From positions 1-46,525 of the IMG/VR virus record IMGVR_UViG_3300044698_000275: 46,525 bases of DNA, one strand, 5' to 3'. This document shows positions 26,957-34,944 of the stretch, piece after piece. The notes under the pieces are model-generated. The model did no database searches. It saw nothing but the letters and a program-made list of their open reading frames with translations, and was not told where the DNA came from. Origin of the DNA: a virus. Taxonomy: Duplodnaviria > Caudoviricetes. The translations under genes and the position numbers were made by a program. Numbering within the stretch: position 1 is the stretch's first letter; each line of letters begins with the position of its first letter.

Positions 26957-27445
26957 ATGGCGATCAATGAGTCATGGGTCGTTTCGGGGCGCTCCGGGGT
27001 GGTGCTGGGCTCGGCCGGCCGTCCTTCGAGACGGTTCGGGCCTCCTCAGGACGAGGGGCTGCGGCTGGAGCGGGCGAAGGCGAAGCACCGGCGCCTGGTC
27101 GAGCGCGAGAGCCGGGGCTTCGGCGACACCGACGGCGCGATGCGGCGGCTGTCGGAGCTGGGGCTGCCGTACTGGACGCAGTGGAGCCTGCGGGCCGGGC
27201 GGTTGAAGCGCGCCACCAGCTGTACGGGTGACATCCTGGCGCGGGTGCGCTCGGCCCTGCTGCGCCACCTGGCGGCGAGCGTGCGGGCCGATCTCGCCGC
27301 ACTCAACCTTGAGCTCGAGGAGGCCAATGGAGCTCCTGAAACTGATCTTGAGGGCCTGGCGGCTGAAGTGCGCGAGGCGCAGACGCTGCTCGCCGACATC
27401 GCGCGAGCCGTCGGGGACGGGGCCCGACAAGGGAGGCGGCGATGA
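26957..27445 (+). CDS. CII-like regulatory protein (start uncertain)
   Basis: ESRGFGDTDGAMRRL..GLPYWTQWSLR; position after cro. Confidence 0.55.
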   Translation: MAINESWVVSGRSGVVLGSAGRPSRRFGPPQDEGLRLERAKAKHRRLVERESRGFGDTDGAMRRLSELGLPYWTQWSLRAGRLKRATSCTGDILARVRSALLRHLAASVRADLAALNLELEEANGAPETDLEGLAAEVREAQTLLADIARAVGDGARQGRRR

Positions 27446-27738
27446 GGCGGGGGCGGGGGAAGGCTGGCAAGGCACCGGACCCGGGCGTGCGCCTGGAGAT
27501 CGTGATCGGGGCGGCTGACGCGCGCCGGCTGCTGCGCCTGGCGATCGCGGCGGGACTGACGGCGGAGGCGTGCGCGGCCTCGATCGTGGCGGAGGTGCTG
27601 GCCGACGACGCGGCGGCACACAGGGAGCAGGGGGCGGGGGTCAGGGAACAGGGGTCGGGGGTCAGGTGTCAGGAAGCGGCGGCGGTGGCTTGGGACGAGG
27701 CGGGCGGCGCCCCGCCGGCGGGAGGGTGGCTGCAATGA
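27442..27738 (+). CDS. Hypothetical protein
   Basis: GGAGG RBS, ATGA coupling; C-terminus encoded by heptamer repeats. Confidence 0.55.
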   Translation: MRRGRGKAGKAPDPGVRLEIVIGAADARRLLRLAIAAGLTAEACAASIVAEVLADDAAAHREQGAGVREQGSGVRCQEAAAVAWDEAGGAPPAGGWLQ

Positions 27739-28178
27739 GGCTGGTGGGGCTCGGCAAGGGACGGTTCGAGATGCTGGGTCCAGGGGACGGGGGTCAGGCG
27801 TCAGGGGTCAGGAGGGCGCCTGCCAAGCCGACGCTGATGGCGCAGGCGGCGATGCGCGCGGCGGAGCGACGGGCCGACGAGCGGCGCTTCGCCGAGGATG
27901 CCGGGATCGCGGCGCCGGCGTATCGGCCGGCGCGCTTCACCGATCTGGTGGCCGACGAGTGCCAATGGCCGATCGATGAGCAAGGCGACTTGCGCTGCGG
28001 CGCCAAGCAGGCGGCGGGGCCGGGCCAGCCGTACTGTCCACAGCACCGCGCAATCTCGCGCGGTGCCAGGGGACGGGGGCCAGGCGTCAGGGACCAGGAC
28101 GACGTCCTGACCCCCCGGATCGAGTCCGGGGCAGGCTCTGACACCCGACCCCTGAAGCCCGCCAAGCGGGCGTCCTGA
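27735..28178 (+). CDS. gcrA: GcrA C-terminal (Cys3-His) domain protein lacking the N-terminal HTH
   Basis: FTDLVADECQWPI....RCGA.....PYCPQHRAI matches the GcrA C-terminal pattern. Confidence 0.75.
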   Translation: MRLVGLGKGRFEMLGPGDGGQASGVRRAPAKPTLMAQAAMRAAERRADERRFAEDAGIAAPAYRPARFTDLVADECQWPIDEQGDLRCGAKQAAGPGQPYCPQHRAISRGARGRGPGVRDQDDVLTPRIESGAGSDTRPLKPAKRAS

Positions 28179-28179
28179 C

Positions 28180-28869
28180 ATGGCCACCCGGGCGAGCGGC
28201 TACGCGCCCGACCCGCTGGGGCGCTACTACACGCCAGCCTGGGCGGTGGGGGCGCTGCTGCATGGCTGTCCACTGCTAGAGCAGGCCAGCTGCTTCTGGG
28301 ATCCGTGCGCCGGCGCGGGGCACATTCTCGCGGCGCTCGACGCGATGGTACTCGGGGTGCTGGTCGGATCGGACATCGCGCCGGATCCCGAGCGGGTGTG
28401 GAGGGGTGCCATCGTGGAGGCCGACGCGCGCAGCGCACCGTCGCCCTGGCTGCCTCGGCTAGGCCGGCGCATCGCCGTGATCACCAACCCGCCCTATGGC
28501 TTTCAGGGCAAGCTCGCGACGGAGATCATCACGGCGATGCTGGCTGCTACGGAGCCACATCGCGGCTTGGTGGCCATGCTGCTGCGCGACAGTTTTGAGG
28601 GGCGGCCAAGCCGGAACGCGCTGTTCGATCATCCGGCCGCCGCCGGCCGGATTGTCCTCACCGACCGCATCCGCTGGGAGAACGTCGAGCAGAAGAAGGC
28701 CGGACCCAGCCAGGGGCATGTGTGGTGGGTGTGGGACTGGAACCTGCACAAGCCAGCCCGCCCACCGCGCGTGCTGCGGCGGTCGAAAGAGGACGGAGAA
28801 CTGAGGCTCCGGTGGGGGGACGTCGCCGATGGCCCGTTCCACCTGCCCTCCGGGGAACCGGCCGCATGA
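28180..28869 (+). CDS. Orphan DNA amino-methyltransferase (probably m6A)
   Basis: YYTP, WDPCAGAG (motif I), ITNPPY (motif IV), RIRW, WWVWD. Confidence 0.85.
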   Translation: MATRASGYAPDPLGRYYTPAWAVGALLHGCPLLEQASCFWDPCAGAGHILAALDAMVLGVLVGSDIAPDPERVWRGAIVEADARSAPSPWLPRLGRRIAVITNPPYGFQGKLATEIITAMLAATEPHRGLVAMLLRDSFEGRPSRNALFDHPAAAGRIVLTDRIRWENVEQKKAGPSQGHVWWVWDWNLHKPARPPRVLRRSKEDGELRLRWGDVADGPFHLPSGEPAA

Positions 28870-29066
28870 TCACGCTGCCGAAGTTCCTCGGCGCCTTGCG
28901 GGCGCTGTTCGGGGTCGACCGGGACGAGCTGGTCGCGGCGGGGGTGCTGGCGGCCGGCGACGGCGAGGCCTGGCGGGCCTTCCGCTGCGATCCGCCGCGC
29001 TGGCTGATGGCCGCCGACGACGAGCGCCAGCGGCGGCTGTGGACCATTCTGGAGGGGAGGGGATGA
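28866..29066 (+). CDS. Hypothetical protein
   Basis: MITLPKFLGALR...WRAFRCDPPRW; ATGA coupling. Confidence 0.6.
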   Translation: MITLPKFLGALRALFGVDRDELVAAGVLAAGDGEAWRAFRCDPPRWLMAADDERQRRLWTILEGRG

Positions 29067-29272
29067 TGGTGGCAGGGGTCAGGGGGCAGGGGTCAGGGGT
29101 CAGGACGTGTCTGGGCGAACGGGCGATCATGGCGCTGCTCGAGCGGCCGGACCTGGTGGCCGAGCTCGCGGTCGCCGAGGCGGCGCTCGACGCCGGTGAC
29201 GAGGAGCTCGCCGACAGGGCGCTGCGGGCGCTGTCGGGCGGGCTGCGGCGCGCCAGCCAGCGGGCACGGTAG
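29063..29272 (+). CDS. Hypothetical protein
   Basis: ATGA coupling with GGAGGGG RBS; N-terminus encoded by a heptamer repeat (GVRGQGSGVR). Confidence 0.5.
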   Translation: MMVAGVRGQGSGVRTCLGERAIMALLERPDLVAELAVAEAALDAGDEELADRALRALSGGLRRASQRAR

Positions 29273-29276
29273 CACC

Positions 29277-30389
29277 ATGGCACCACGACAGTCGCGCATT
29301 CCGGCCGAGGCCGCCACCGACCGGCGGCTGCGGCCGTGCGCCAGGCGCGTGCTGATGGTGCTGGGCGTGCACACCGACCGCAACGGCTGGTGCGTGCGGT
29401 CGCTGTCGAAGATCGCCGCGGAGCTCGGCTACGACGTGCGCTCGGTGCGCCGGGCCGTCCGCCAACTGGAGGACATCGGCTACGTCGAGGTCGCGGCGCG
29501 GCGCGGCAGCGCCGGCAGCTGGCTCGCCTCGGGCTACCGGGTGAAGACGCCCGGGATGGCGGTCCCCCCGCTGGCTCCTGAGTCCGGGGGGTCCGGACAC
29601 GGGAGTCCGGAGGGGTCGGACTCCCAGGAGTCCGGGGGGTCCGGACTCTCAGGAGTCCGCCCCGTACCCTTAACGGCTTCTTCTAACGAGGCAGCAGCAG
29701 GGCGCGGGCGCGGGCGCAGTCGCGCCGACGCGCGCGAGGCCCCCGAAGCTGCCGCCGCTGCCGCCGAAGGGGGGGAGTCGGGGTTGGAAGAAGACAGCCG
29801 GGAGCGGCAGCGCAAAATGGCGGCGGCGGTGGCGCTGCACCGGCGCATCGCCGAGCGGCTGGGCCATCCGGGCGGCTACCGCGACGAGCTGGGCGAGGTG
29901 TGCGCCTGGCTCGAGGCGGGCTACGACCCCGACCGCCACGTGATGGCGGCGGTGGAGCGCGCGGCCAGGCGGCGGAACTTCCAGGCGCCGCTGATGCTGC
30001 GCTATTTCCGCGAGCTGATCGCCGAGGCCGCGGAACGAGCGCCGGGGATCCGTAGGGCCGCCGGGGCAACTTTTGCCGCCACAAACGAGGCGTTGAAAAG
30101 TAACGAGGCGGCGGCCGAGCCGGAGCCAGAGGGGCCGGCGGAGTGGCTGGCGATGCGGGGGGCGCTTCGCCGGGCGGTGGGTGAGGACGCGTTCTCGAGC
30201 TGGTTCGCCCGGCTGGAGTGGCGGGGGGTGGCGGGGCGCACCCTCACGCTTGCCGCGCCGACGCGGTTCATCGCCGGCGAGATCGCCAAGCGCCACGGCC
30301 AGGCGCTCGACGCGATCGCCTCGGGGCTGGTGGCCGGGGTCGAAGCGGTAAGGCTCGTGGTGGAGAAGCGCAAAGGGGCGGGGCCATGA
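29277..30389 (+). CDS. Replication initiator: N-terminal wHTH, C-terminal DnaA N-terminal-like domain
   Basis: SLSKIAAELGYDVRSVRRAVRQLEDIGYV; LRRAVGEDAFSSWF..L....LTLAAPTRFIA (DnaA domain I-like); internal iterons. Confidence 0.85.
   Translation: MAPRQSRIPAEAATDRRLRPCARRVLMVLGVHTDRNGWCVRSLSKIAAELGYDVRSVRRAVRQLEDIGYVEVAARRGSAGSWLASGYRVKTPGMAVPPLAPESGGSGHGSPEGSDSQESGGSGLSGVRPVPLTASSNEAAAGRGRGRSRADAREAPEAAAAAAEGGESGLEEDSRERQRKMAAAVALHRRIAERLGHPGGYRDELGEVCAWLEAGYDPDRHVMAAVERAARRRNFQAPLMLRYFRELIAEAAERAPGIRRAAGATFAATNEALKSNEAAAEPEPEGPAEWLAMRGALRRAVGEDAFSSWFARLEWRGVAGRTLTLAAPTRFIAGEIAKRHGQALDAIASGLVAGVEAVRLVVEKRKGAGP
29572..29660. repeat. Putative origin: four palindromic iterons CGGACTC-N4-GAGTCCG inside the initiator gene
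   Basis: Two complete copies (29617-29634, 29642-29659) and two degenerate upstream copies, spaced by G runs. Confidence 0.75.
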
Positions 30390-30661
30390 GCCGGGACAAG
30401 ATGAGCCGGGATGACGAGCTGCTGCGCCAGCACCGGCGCGGGGAGGCGATGATGCAGGGGCTGGCGGCGCACATCGAGGAGACGCTGCCCGAGGGCTTCG
30501 CCTTCGCGCTCGTCGCCTTCACCTGCGGCGAGGGCGGCTATGTCGGGTATGTGTCCAATGCCGAGCGGGGCGACATGATCGCGGCGCTCCGCGAGTGCGC
30601 CGACACGCTGGAGGCGCGGCGCGATTCGCCGCCCGGCGCGCCGATCGTCCGGCAGCATTGA
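30386..30661 (+). CDS. Hypothetical protein
   Basis: GFAFALVAF..G...YVSNAERGDMIAALRE; ATGA coupling. Confidence 0.7.
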   Translation: MSRDKMSRDDELLRQHRRGEAMMQGLAAHIEETLPEGFAFALVAFTCGEGGYVGYVSNAERGDMIAALRECADTLEARRDSPPGAPIVRQH

Positions 30662-30849
30662 GGCCGAGCGGACCGTCGTCAGGCTACTGCCTGCAGACCT
30701 CCCGAGCCTCGCTTCGCGCGACGCATTAACGCGGCGGGGCAACATCGCCACCGGGATTGCGATTCGATTGTGGCGGCGCTTTAAGGTACCCTGATCCCCG
30801 CTGGTTGGGGGAGGTCCGATCGGCCCTCATCCGAAGGGCCACGTCACGA

Positions 30850-31368
30850 ATGCAAACCGAGCACCTGCTGTCGCCGGCCGGGCGGCCCACACCGGGGTCC
30901 GCCCGCATGGTCGAGCTGCGCCGCCACTGCGAGCGCCTGGTCGAGCGCTCCATCCTCACCCTTGCCGCCGTCCCCGACCCCGACGCCCGCTACCGGCGCT
31001 GGTGGGTGTCCTCGATGCCCGAGCCGGTCAGGCGGGCGGTGGAGGCCTACAACATCGAGGAGGCGCCGCGGGTGCGCCGCTTCGTGCCGTCGCGCGCCGA
31101 CCACGACCGCTACCTCGAGGTGCTCGGCTGGCTGAACTGGCTGGCGGCCGGCAACGACGGGCCGCGGGAGCTCAAGATCGTGTGGCTGCGCGCCTTCGGG
31201 GTGCCGTACTGGAAGATCGCCCAGCGCTTCGGGCGCTCCGACCGCACCATCCAGCGCTGGCACGAGGCGGCGATCTCCAGGCTGTTCCGGCGCTACTGGA
31301 TCGACGTCGACCGGCTGGCGACCGACCCGCTGCCGGGCGCGGGCGCCGGCATGGAGGCGGCCGAGTGA
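30850..31368 (+). CDS. DUF6362-like late-gene regulator (Q/sigma region 4-like)
   Basis: S.MPEPVR...AY...PSRADHDRYLEVLGWLNWL...KIVWLRAFGVPYWKIA..GRS...RW; precedes a promoter-terminator unit. Confidence 0.7.
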   Translation: MQTEHLLSPAGRPTPGSARMVELRRHCERLVERSILTLAAVPDPDARYRRWWVSSMPEPVRRAVEAYNIEEAPRVRRFVPSRADHDRYLEVLGWLNWLAAGNDGPRELKIVWLRAFGVPYWKIAQRFGRSDRTIQRWHEAAISRLFRRYWIDVDRLATDPLPGAGAGMEAAE

Positions 31369-31424
31369 GCGCGGAAGCGCGCAAAGCGTCAACAAAGCGT
31401 TCACCATAGCGAGAAATTTCCTGC

Positions 31425-31455
31425 TTGACGGTGTCGCGGATGTCGGTCAAAGCTG
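31425..31455 (+). promoter_or_regulatory. Putative late promoter (PR'-like)
   Basis: TTGACG at 31425 after an AT-rich gaaattt; weak -10 near 31448-31454. Confidence 0.5.
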
Positions 31456-31471
31456 GCCATGGCATGGCAAG

Positions 31472-31510
31472 AGGCCCGAAGCGCGCGACATCCGCGCCTC
31501 GGGCCTTTTT
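31472..31510 (+). terminator. Intrinsic terminator (tR'-like)
   Basis: aggcccga...tcgggcc stem followed by TTTTT. Confidence 0.75.
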
Positions 31511-31659
31511 CATGCCGTTCCCTGTGTAAGCAGCCGATCGTCGCTCACCCCCTCCAGCACCTGGACGGGGCGGCCTGCCCTTGCGAGTCGCACGCCGTCC
31601 CGGTCCCGGCCCGCGGGGACGGGCGGCAACGATCCGGGTGCGCGAACAGTTCCCGAGAC

Positions 31660-31980
31660 ATGATCACGGCCTCAGAATCGGCCGCGCTGGCGCTGATCGA
31701 CGAGATCGAGGGGCTGAGCGCGGGCCTAGGACGCACGGACACCGGCCGGTGGATGCACCGGACGCTGGCCTACGGGCGCCCGCGCCTGGCGCTGGTCGAC
31801 GAGCGCGAGGCGCTGGTGGCGCTGTTCGCCGAGGGGGTCGAGCCCCATATCGCCGAGCTCACGGCGCTGCTGCACAGCCACTGCCACACGCTTGCCGCGC
31901 TCGCGCGGCTCGGCCTCGAGGGCCATGTCGCCCTGCCGCCGCGGCCGCTGGCGCGCCAGCTCTCGCTGGTGCGCTCCTGA
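31660..31980 (+). CDS. Hypothetical protein
   Basis: MITASESAALALIDEIEGL...; phage-like codon usage. Confidence 0.55.
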   Translation: MITASESAALALIDEIEGLSAGLGRTDTGRWMHRTLAYGRPRLALVDEREALVALFAEGVEPHIAELTALLHSHCHTLAALARLGLEGHVALPPRPLARQLSLVRS

Positions 31981-32207
31981 CTTCTGACCCTCGGGTCGCG
32001 GCCCGAGGGCAGGCTTTCTGACTTCCGTCCCCTGAAACCCGGGCGCCCCGGCGAGCGAGCCCCTCCCTGCTCAACCCCTCGCGCCGGTGGCACTTTCGCC
32101 GCCCCGCCCGCCCGGGCCACGCCGGAGCCTTCTCCGGCCGCCCCTCCGACCCGCCGGGGACCAGGGTCGAGGGGCCCAATTCGCCCACCTGAGATCTGGA
32201 CCCTGAA

Positions 32208-32894
32208 ATGCACCTGCTCGTCGCCGAGCCGCACCCCGACACATCCTCATGCCTCGAGCTCATGCTGCGCTCGGAAGGCTTCCGCGTGCGCCTGACGGCG
32301 GAGGCGGAAGAGGCCGACTATCTCGCCCGGCACTTCTCCTTCGACCTGGTGACGCTCGAGCCGGGCATGGAGGGCGGCAAGGGCTGGGAGGTGCTGCGGG
32401 GCATCAGGCGCGCCAAGGTGGCGGTGCCGGTGATCCTGGTGTCGGGGCTTGCAGGTGTCCATGACGTGGTGCGGGGGCTCGACCTGGGCGCCGACGACTA
32501 TCTGACCAAGCCGTTCCACAAGGACAATCTGGTGGCGCGCATCCGGGCGGTGGTGCGGCGCGCCCGCGGGTTCGAGAGCTCCGTCGTGGAGGCGGGGCCG
32601 CTGCGGCTCGATCTCGCGTCGTGCCTGGTGGAGGTCGACGGCCAGCCCGTCCACCTGACGGGCAAGGAATACGGCCTGCTCGAGCTGCTGGTGCTGCGGC
32701 GAGGGCAGGTGGTGGCGAAGGACCGGATCCTCGATCACCTCTACGGCGGGCGCGATGAGCCCGAACTGAAGATCGTCGACGTGTTCGCCTGCAAGCTGCG
32801 CCGCAAATTGGCGGACGCCGGCGCCGGCGGGCTGATCGAGACGGAGTGGGGCAGGGGCTACGTGCTGCGCGCCCCGGCCGCCGCGGCGGCGTGA
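32208..32894 (+). CDS. ctrA: CtrA cell-cycle response-regulator homologue with Glu at the phospho-acceptor position 51
   Basis: ELMLRSEGF, GADDYLTKPFHKD.LVARI, VHLTGKEY..LELL.LR.G, HLYGG.DEPELKI.DVF.CKLR.KL and IET.WGRGYVLR are CtrA signatures. Confidence 0.92.
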   Translation: MHLLVAEPHPDTSSCLELMLRSEGFRVRLTAEAEEADYLARHFSFDLVTLEPGMEGGKGWEVLRGIRRAKVAVPVILVSGLAGVHDVVRGLDLGADDYLTKPFHKDNLVARIRAVVRRARGFESSVVEAGPLRLDLASCLVEVDGQPVHLTGKEYGLLELLVLRRGQVVAKDRILDHLYGGRDEPELKIVDVFACKLRRKLADAGAGGLIETEWGRGYVLRAPAAAAA

Positions 32895-32945
32895 GCCTGT
32901 CCGATTGACAGGTGTGCTTGCCGGGGCACCCGGCGGGCGGTAATC

Positions 32946-33094
32946 GAGCTCGTGGCCCTTCGGGGCCGAGGGAGACGAGAGCCGGAGCCCGTAAACGCTC
33001 CGGACGCGGGGCCAACCAGCCAAGGACAGACCCCGCGCAGCGCCAGCCTGGATAACGCTCTCCCGCCACCGCCTTTCGGCGGCGGGGCGAGCTC
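32946..33094 (+). ncRNA. Candidate multi-stem structured RNA / 5' leader of the com-methyltransferase unit
   Basis: Nested complementary segments: gagctc/gagctc, ggccc-ttcg-gggcc, gggag/ctccc, ccggagc/gctccgg, cgcgggg/ccccgcg, ccgcc-tttc-ggcgg. Confidence 0.5.
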
Positions 33095-33111
33095 ACCCGG
33101 GCTTGGCCGCC

Positions 33112-33429
33112 GTGTCACTGCAAAGCGTCCATTGTGGTAAATGCCGCGCCCTCCTGTTCAGGGCCGGACGAACCGCCATCCGCGATGTCATCGAAATCAA
33201 GTGCCGCCGCTGCGGTCACTTGAACATCCTGAGGCCTCCAGAGCCCAAGCCTAAGCGCCCCGACCCTGACCGGCAGCGGCGCGAGCAAGGTCAAGGGCCA
33301 TGGACTCAGGAGCGCGGCGCATCCGGCGCGGCGACGTCTGGCAGCTCGGGACGCACCGCCTCCTGTGCGGAGACGCGACCGACGCCGGCGACGTCGCGCG
33401 GATCCTCGAAGGGCAAACGCCGCACCTGA
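33112..33429 (+). CDS. com: Mu Com-family zinc-finger regulator (start uncertain: 33103 or 33112)
   Basis: HCGKCRALLFR.......IEIKCRRCGHLN; its 3' end overlaps the methyltransferase start, as in Mu com/mom. Confidence 0.8.
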   Translation: MSLQSVHCGKCRALLFRAGRTAIRDVIEIKCRRCGHLNILRPPEPKPKRPDPDRQRREQGQGPWTQERGASGAATSGSSGRTASCAETRPTPATSRGSSKGKRRT

Positions 33430-34070
33430 TGGTCACCGACCCGCCCTACGGGGTGCGCTACGACCCGGCCTGGCGGGTGGGCAAGGTCGGCCGGGGCTCC
33501 AAGGTGGCCGGGAGGCCTTTCGCCGGCGACACGCAAGCGGACTGGTCCCCAGCCTGGAAGCTGTTCCCGGGCGATGTGGCCTATGTCTGGCATGCCGGCA
33601 AGATGGGTCACATCGTGGCCCGGTCGCTGCGGATGGCAGGCTTCGACGTGCGGTCTCAGATCATCTGGGCGAAGCCGTATTTCGCCATCTCGAGAGGTCA
33701 TTACCACTGGCAGCACGAACCCTGCTTCTATGCGGTGCGGCAGGGGGCAACGGGTCACTGGAACGGCGATCGCAAGCAGTCGACCCTGTGGCGGATCACA
33801 GGGCAGACGACGGGCATCATGCGCGACCGCAAGGAGACGTACACGGGCCATGGCGCCCAGAAGCCGGTGGAGGCCATGGCTCGACCGATGCGCAACAACA
33901 GCCAAGCGGGCGATCTCGTCTACGACCCCTTCCTCGGCAGCGGGACCAGCGTCATGGCGGCCGAGCGCGAGGGCAGGGTTTGCGTCGGGCTCGAGATCGA
34001 GCCGGTGTGCTGCGATATGATCCTGCGGCGCTGGGAACGGGAGACCGGCACGCCGGCGAAGCGCGGGTGA
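33300..34070 (+). CDS. DNA methyltransferase, N6/N4 beta class
   Basis: GDVWQLGTHRLLCGDAT, VTDPPY, HGAQKPVE, YDPFLGSGT. Confidence 0.92.
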   Translation: MDSGARRIRRGDVWQLGTHRLLCGDATDAGDVARILEGQTPHLMVTDPPYGVRYDPAWRVGKVGRGSKVAGRPFAGDTQADWSPAWKLFPGDVAYVWHAGKMGHIVARSLRMAGFDVRSQIIWAKPYFAISRGHYHWQHEPCFYAVRQGATGHWNGDRKQSTLWRITGQTTGIMRDRKETYTGHGAQKPVEAMARPMRNNSQAGDLVYDPFLGSGTSVMAAEREGRVCVGLEIEPVCCDMILRRWERETGTPAKRG

Positions 34071-34375
34071 CGCGGCCCTCGGCGCGGGCCCGGCTCTACG
34101 ACAGCCGCTGGGACAAGGCGCGGGCTGGCTGGCTGGCCAAGCACCCGCTGTGCGTCATGTGTCTGGCGCGGGGGCTCGTGGTGGCGGCGACGGTGGTCGA
34201 CCACATCAAGGCCCACAAGGGCGATCTGAAGCTGTTCTGGGATCGGAAGAACTGGCAGTCGCTCTGCGAGCACGATCACAACGCCCGCAAGCAGCAGATC
34301 GAGCGCCGCGGCTACTCCGCCGAGGTCGGCGCCGACGGCTGGCCCACTGACCCCGCCCACCCAGCCAACCGCTGA
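34067..34375 (+). CDS. Terminase-associated HNH endonuclease
   Basis: HPLCVMC...ATVVDHIKAHKGD..LFWD..NWQSLC..DHN..KQ. Confidence 0.9.
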   Translation: MTRPSARARLYDSRWDKARAGWLAKHPLCVMCLARGLVVAATVVDHIKAHKGDLKLFWDRKNWQSLCEHDHNARKQQIERRGYSAEVGADGWPTDPAHPANR

Positions 34376-34450
34376 CCCCCGGGGGGCGGGTCAAATCTCT
34401 GCCACCCCTGGGGCCCGGACCGGCTGGGGTGACTTCTGCGTTCGGCCGCG
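34376..34450. other. Probable cos packaging region
   Basis: Intergenic gggggggcgggtcaaatctctg...ggaccggctgggg between HNH and TerS, where HK97-like cos sites usually lie. Confidence 0.45.
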
Positions 34451-34476
34451 AAATTGAGACGAAAACCTGGACTGCC

Positions 34477-34944
34477 ATGAAAGGGCGCAAACCGACGCCG
34501 TCGCACCTTAAGCTGGTGAAGGGGAATCCCGGCAAGCGGTCGCTCAATCCGAAGGAGCCGAAGCCCCGTCGGTCGCGGACCTCCGCTCCGGTTCATATGA
34601 GCGACAAGGCGCGCGAGACCTGGGGTTACGTGACCGGGCTGCTCGACCGCATGGGCGTCCTGACGGAGGTCGACGCCGTTGCGCTCGAGATGATGTGCGA
34701 GGCCTACGCCGATTATCTCGGCGCCCGGGCCGAACTCGATGACTTCGGCAGCAACTACTACGAGACGGTCAACCAAACGGGCGGTGTGATGCACCGAACG
34801 CACCCGGCGGTCGCCGTGATGCAGGACGCCGACCGGAGGATCAAGTCGTGGCTCGCCGAATTCGGCATGACACCAAGCGCGCGGACACGGGTGAGTGGTA
34901 GTGGCGAGGAAGACGAAGACCCCGCCGACCGATTCTTCGCCTGA
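34477..34944 (+). CDS. terS: Terminase small subunit, P27 family
   Basis: MKGRKPTPSHLKLVKGNPGKR...HPAV...EFGMTPSARTR. Confidence 0.92.
   Translation: MKGRKPTPSHLKLVKGNPGKRSLNPKEPKPRRSRTSAPVHMSDKARETWGYVTGLLDRMGVLTEVDAVALEMMCEAYADYLGARAELDDFGSNYYETVNQTGGVMHRTHPAVAVMQDADRRIKSWLAEFGMTPSARTRVSGSGEEDEDPADRFFA

Noticed and set aside
15308-33429. Mu-like transposable phage (gam and com present)
   Set aside because: There is no DDE transposase or MuB. A tyrosine integrase, attP, HK97 head and iteron initiator indicate a lambdoid lifestyle.
33300-34070. CcrM orthologue
   Set aside because: It is the same beta class but lacks the CcrM DPPYNLQL context and C-terminal domain, and resembles common terminase-adjacent phage methyltransferases. 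Specificity is unknown.
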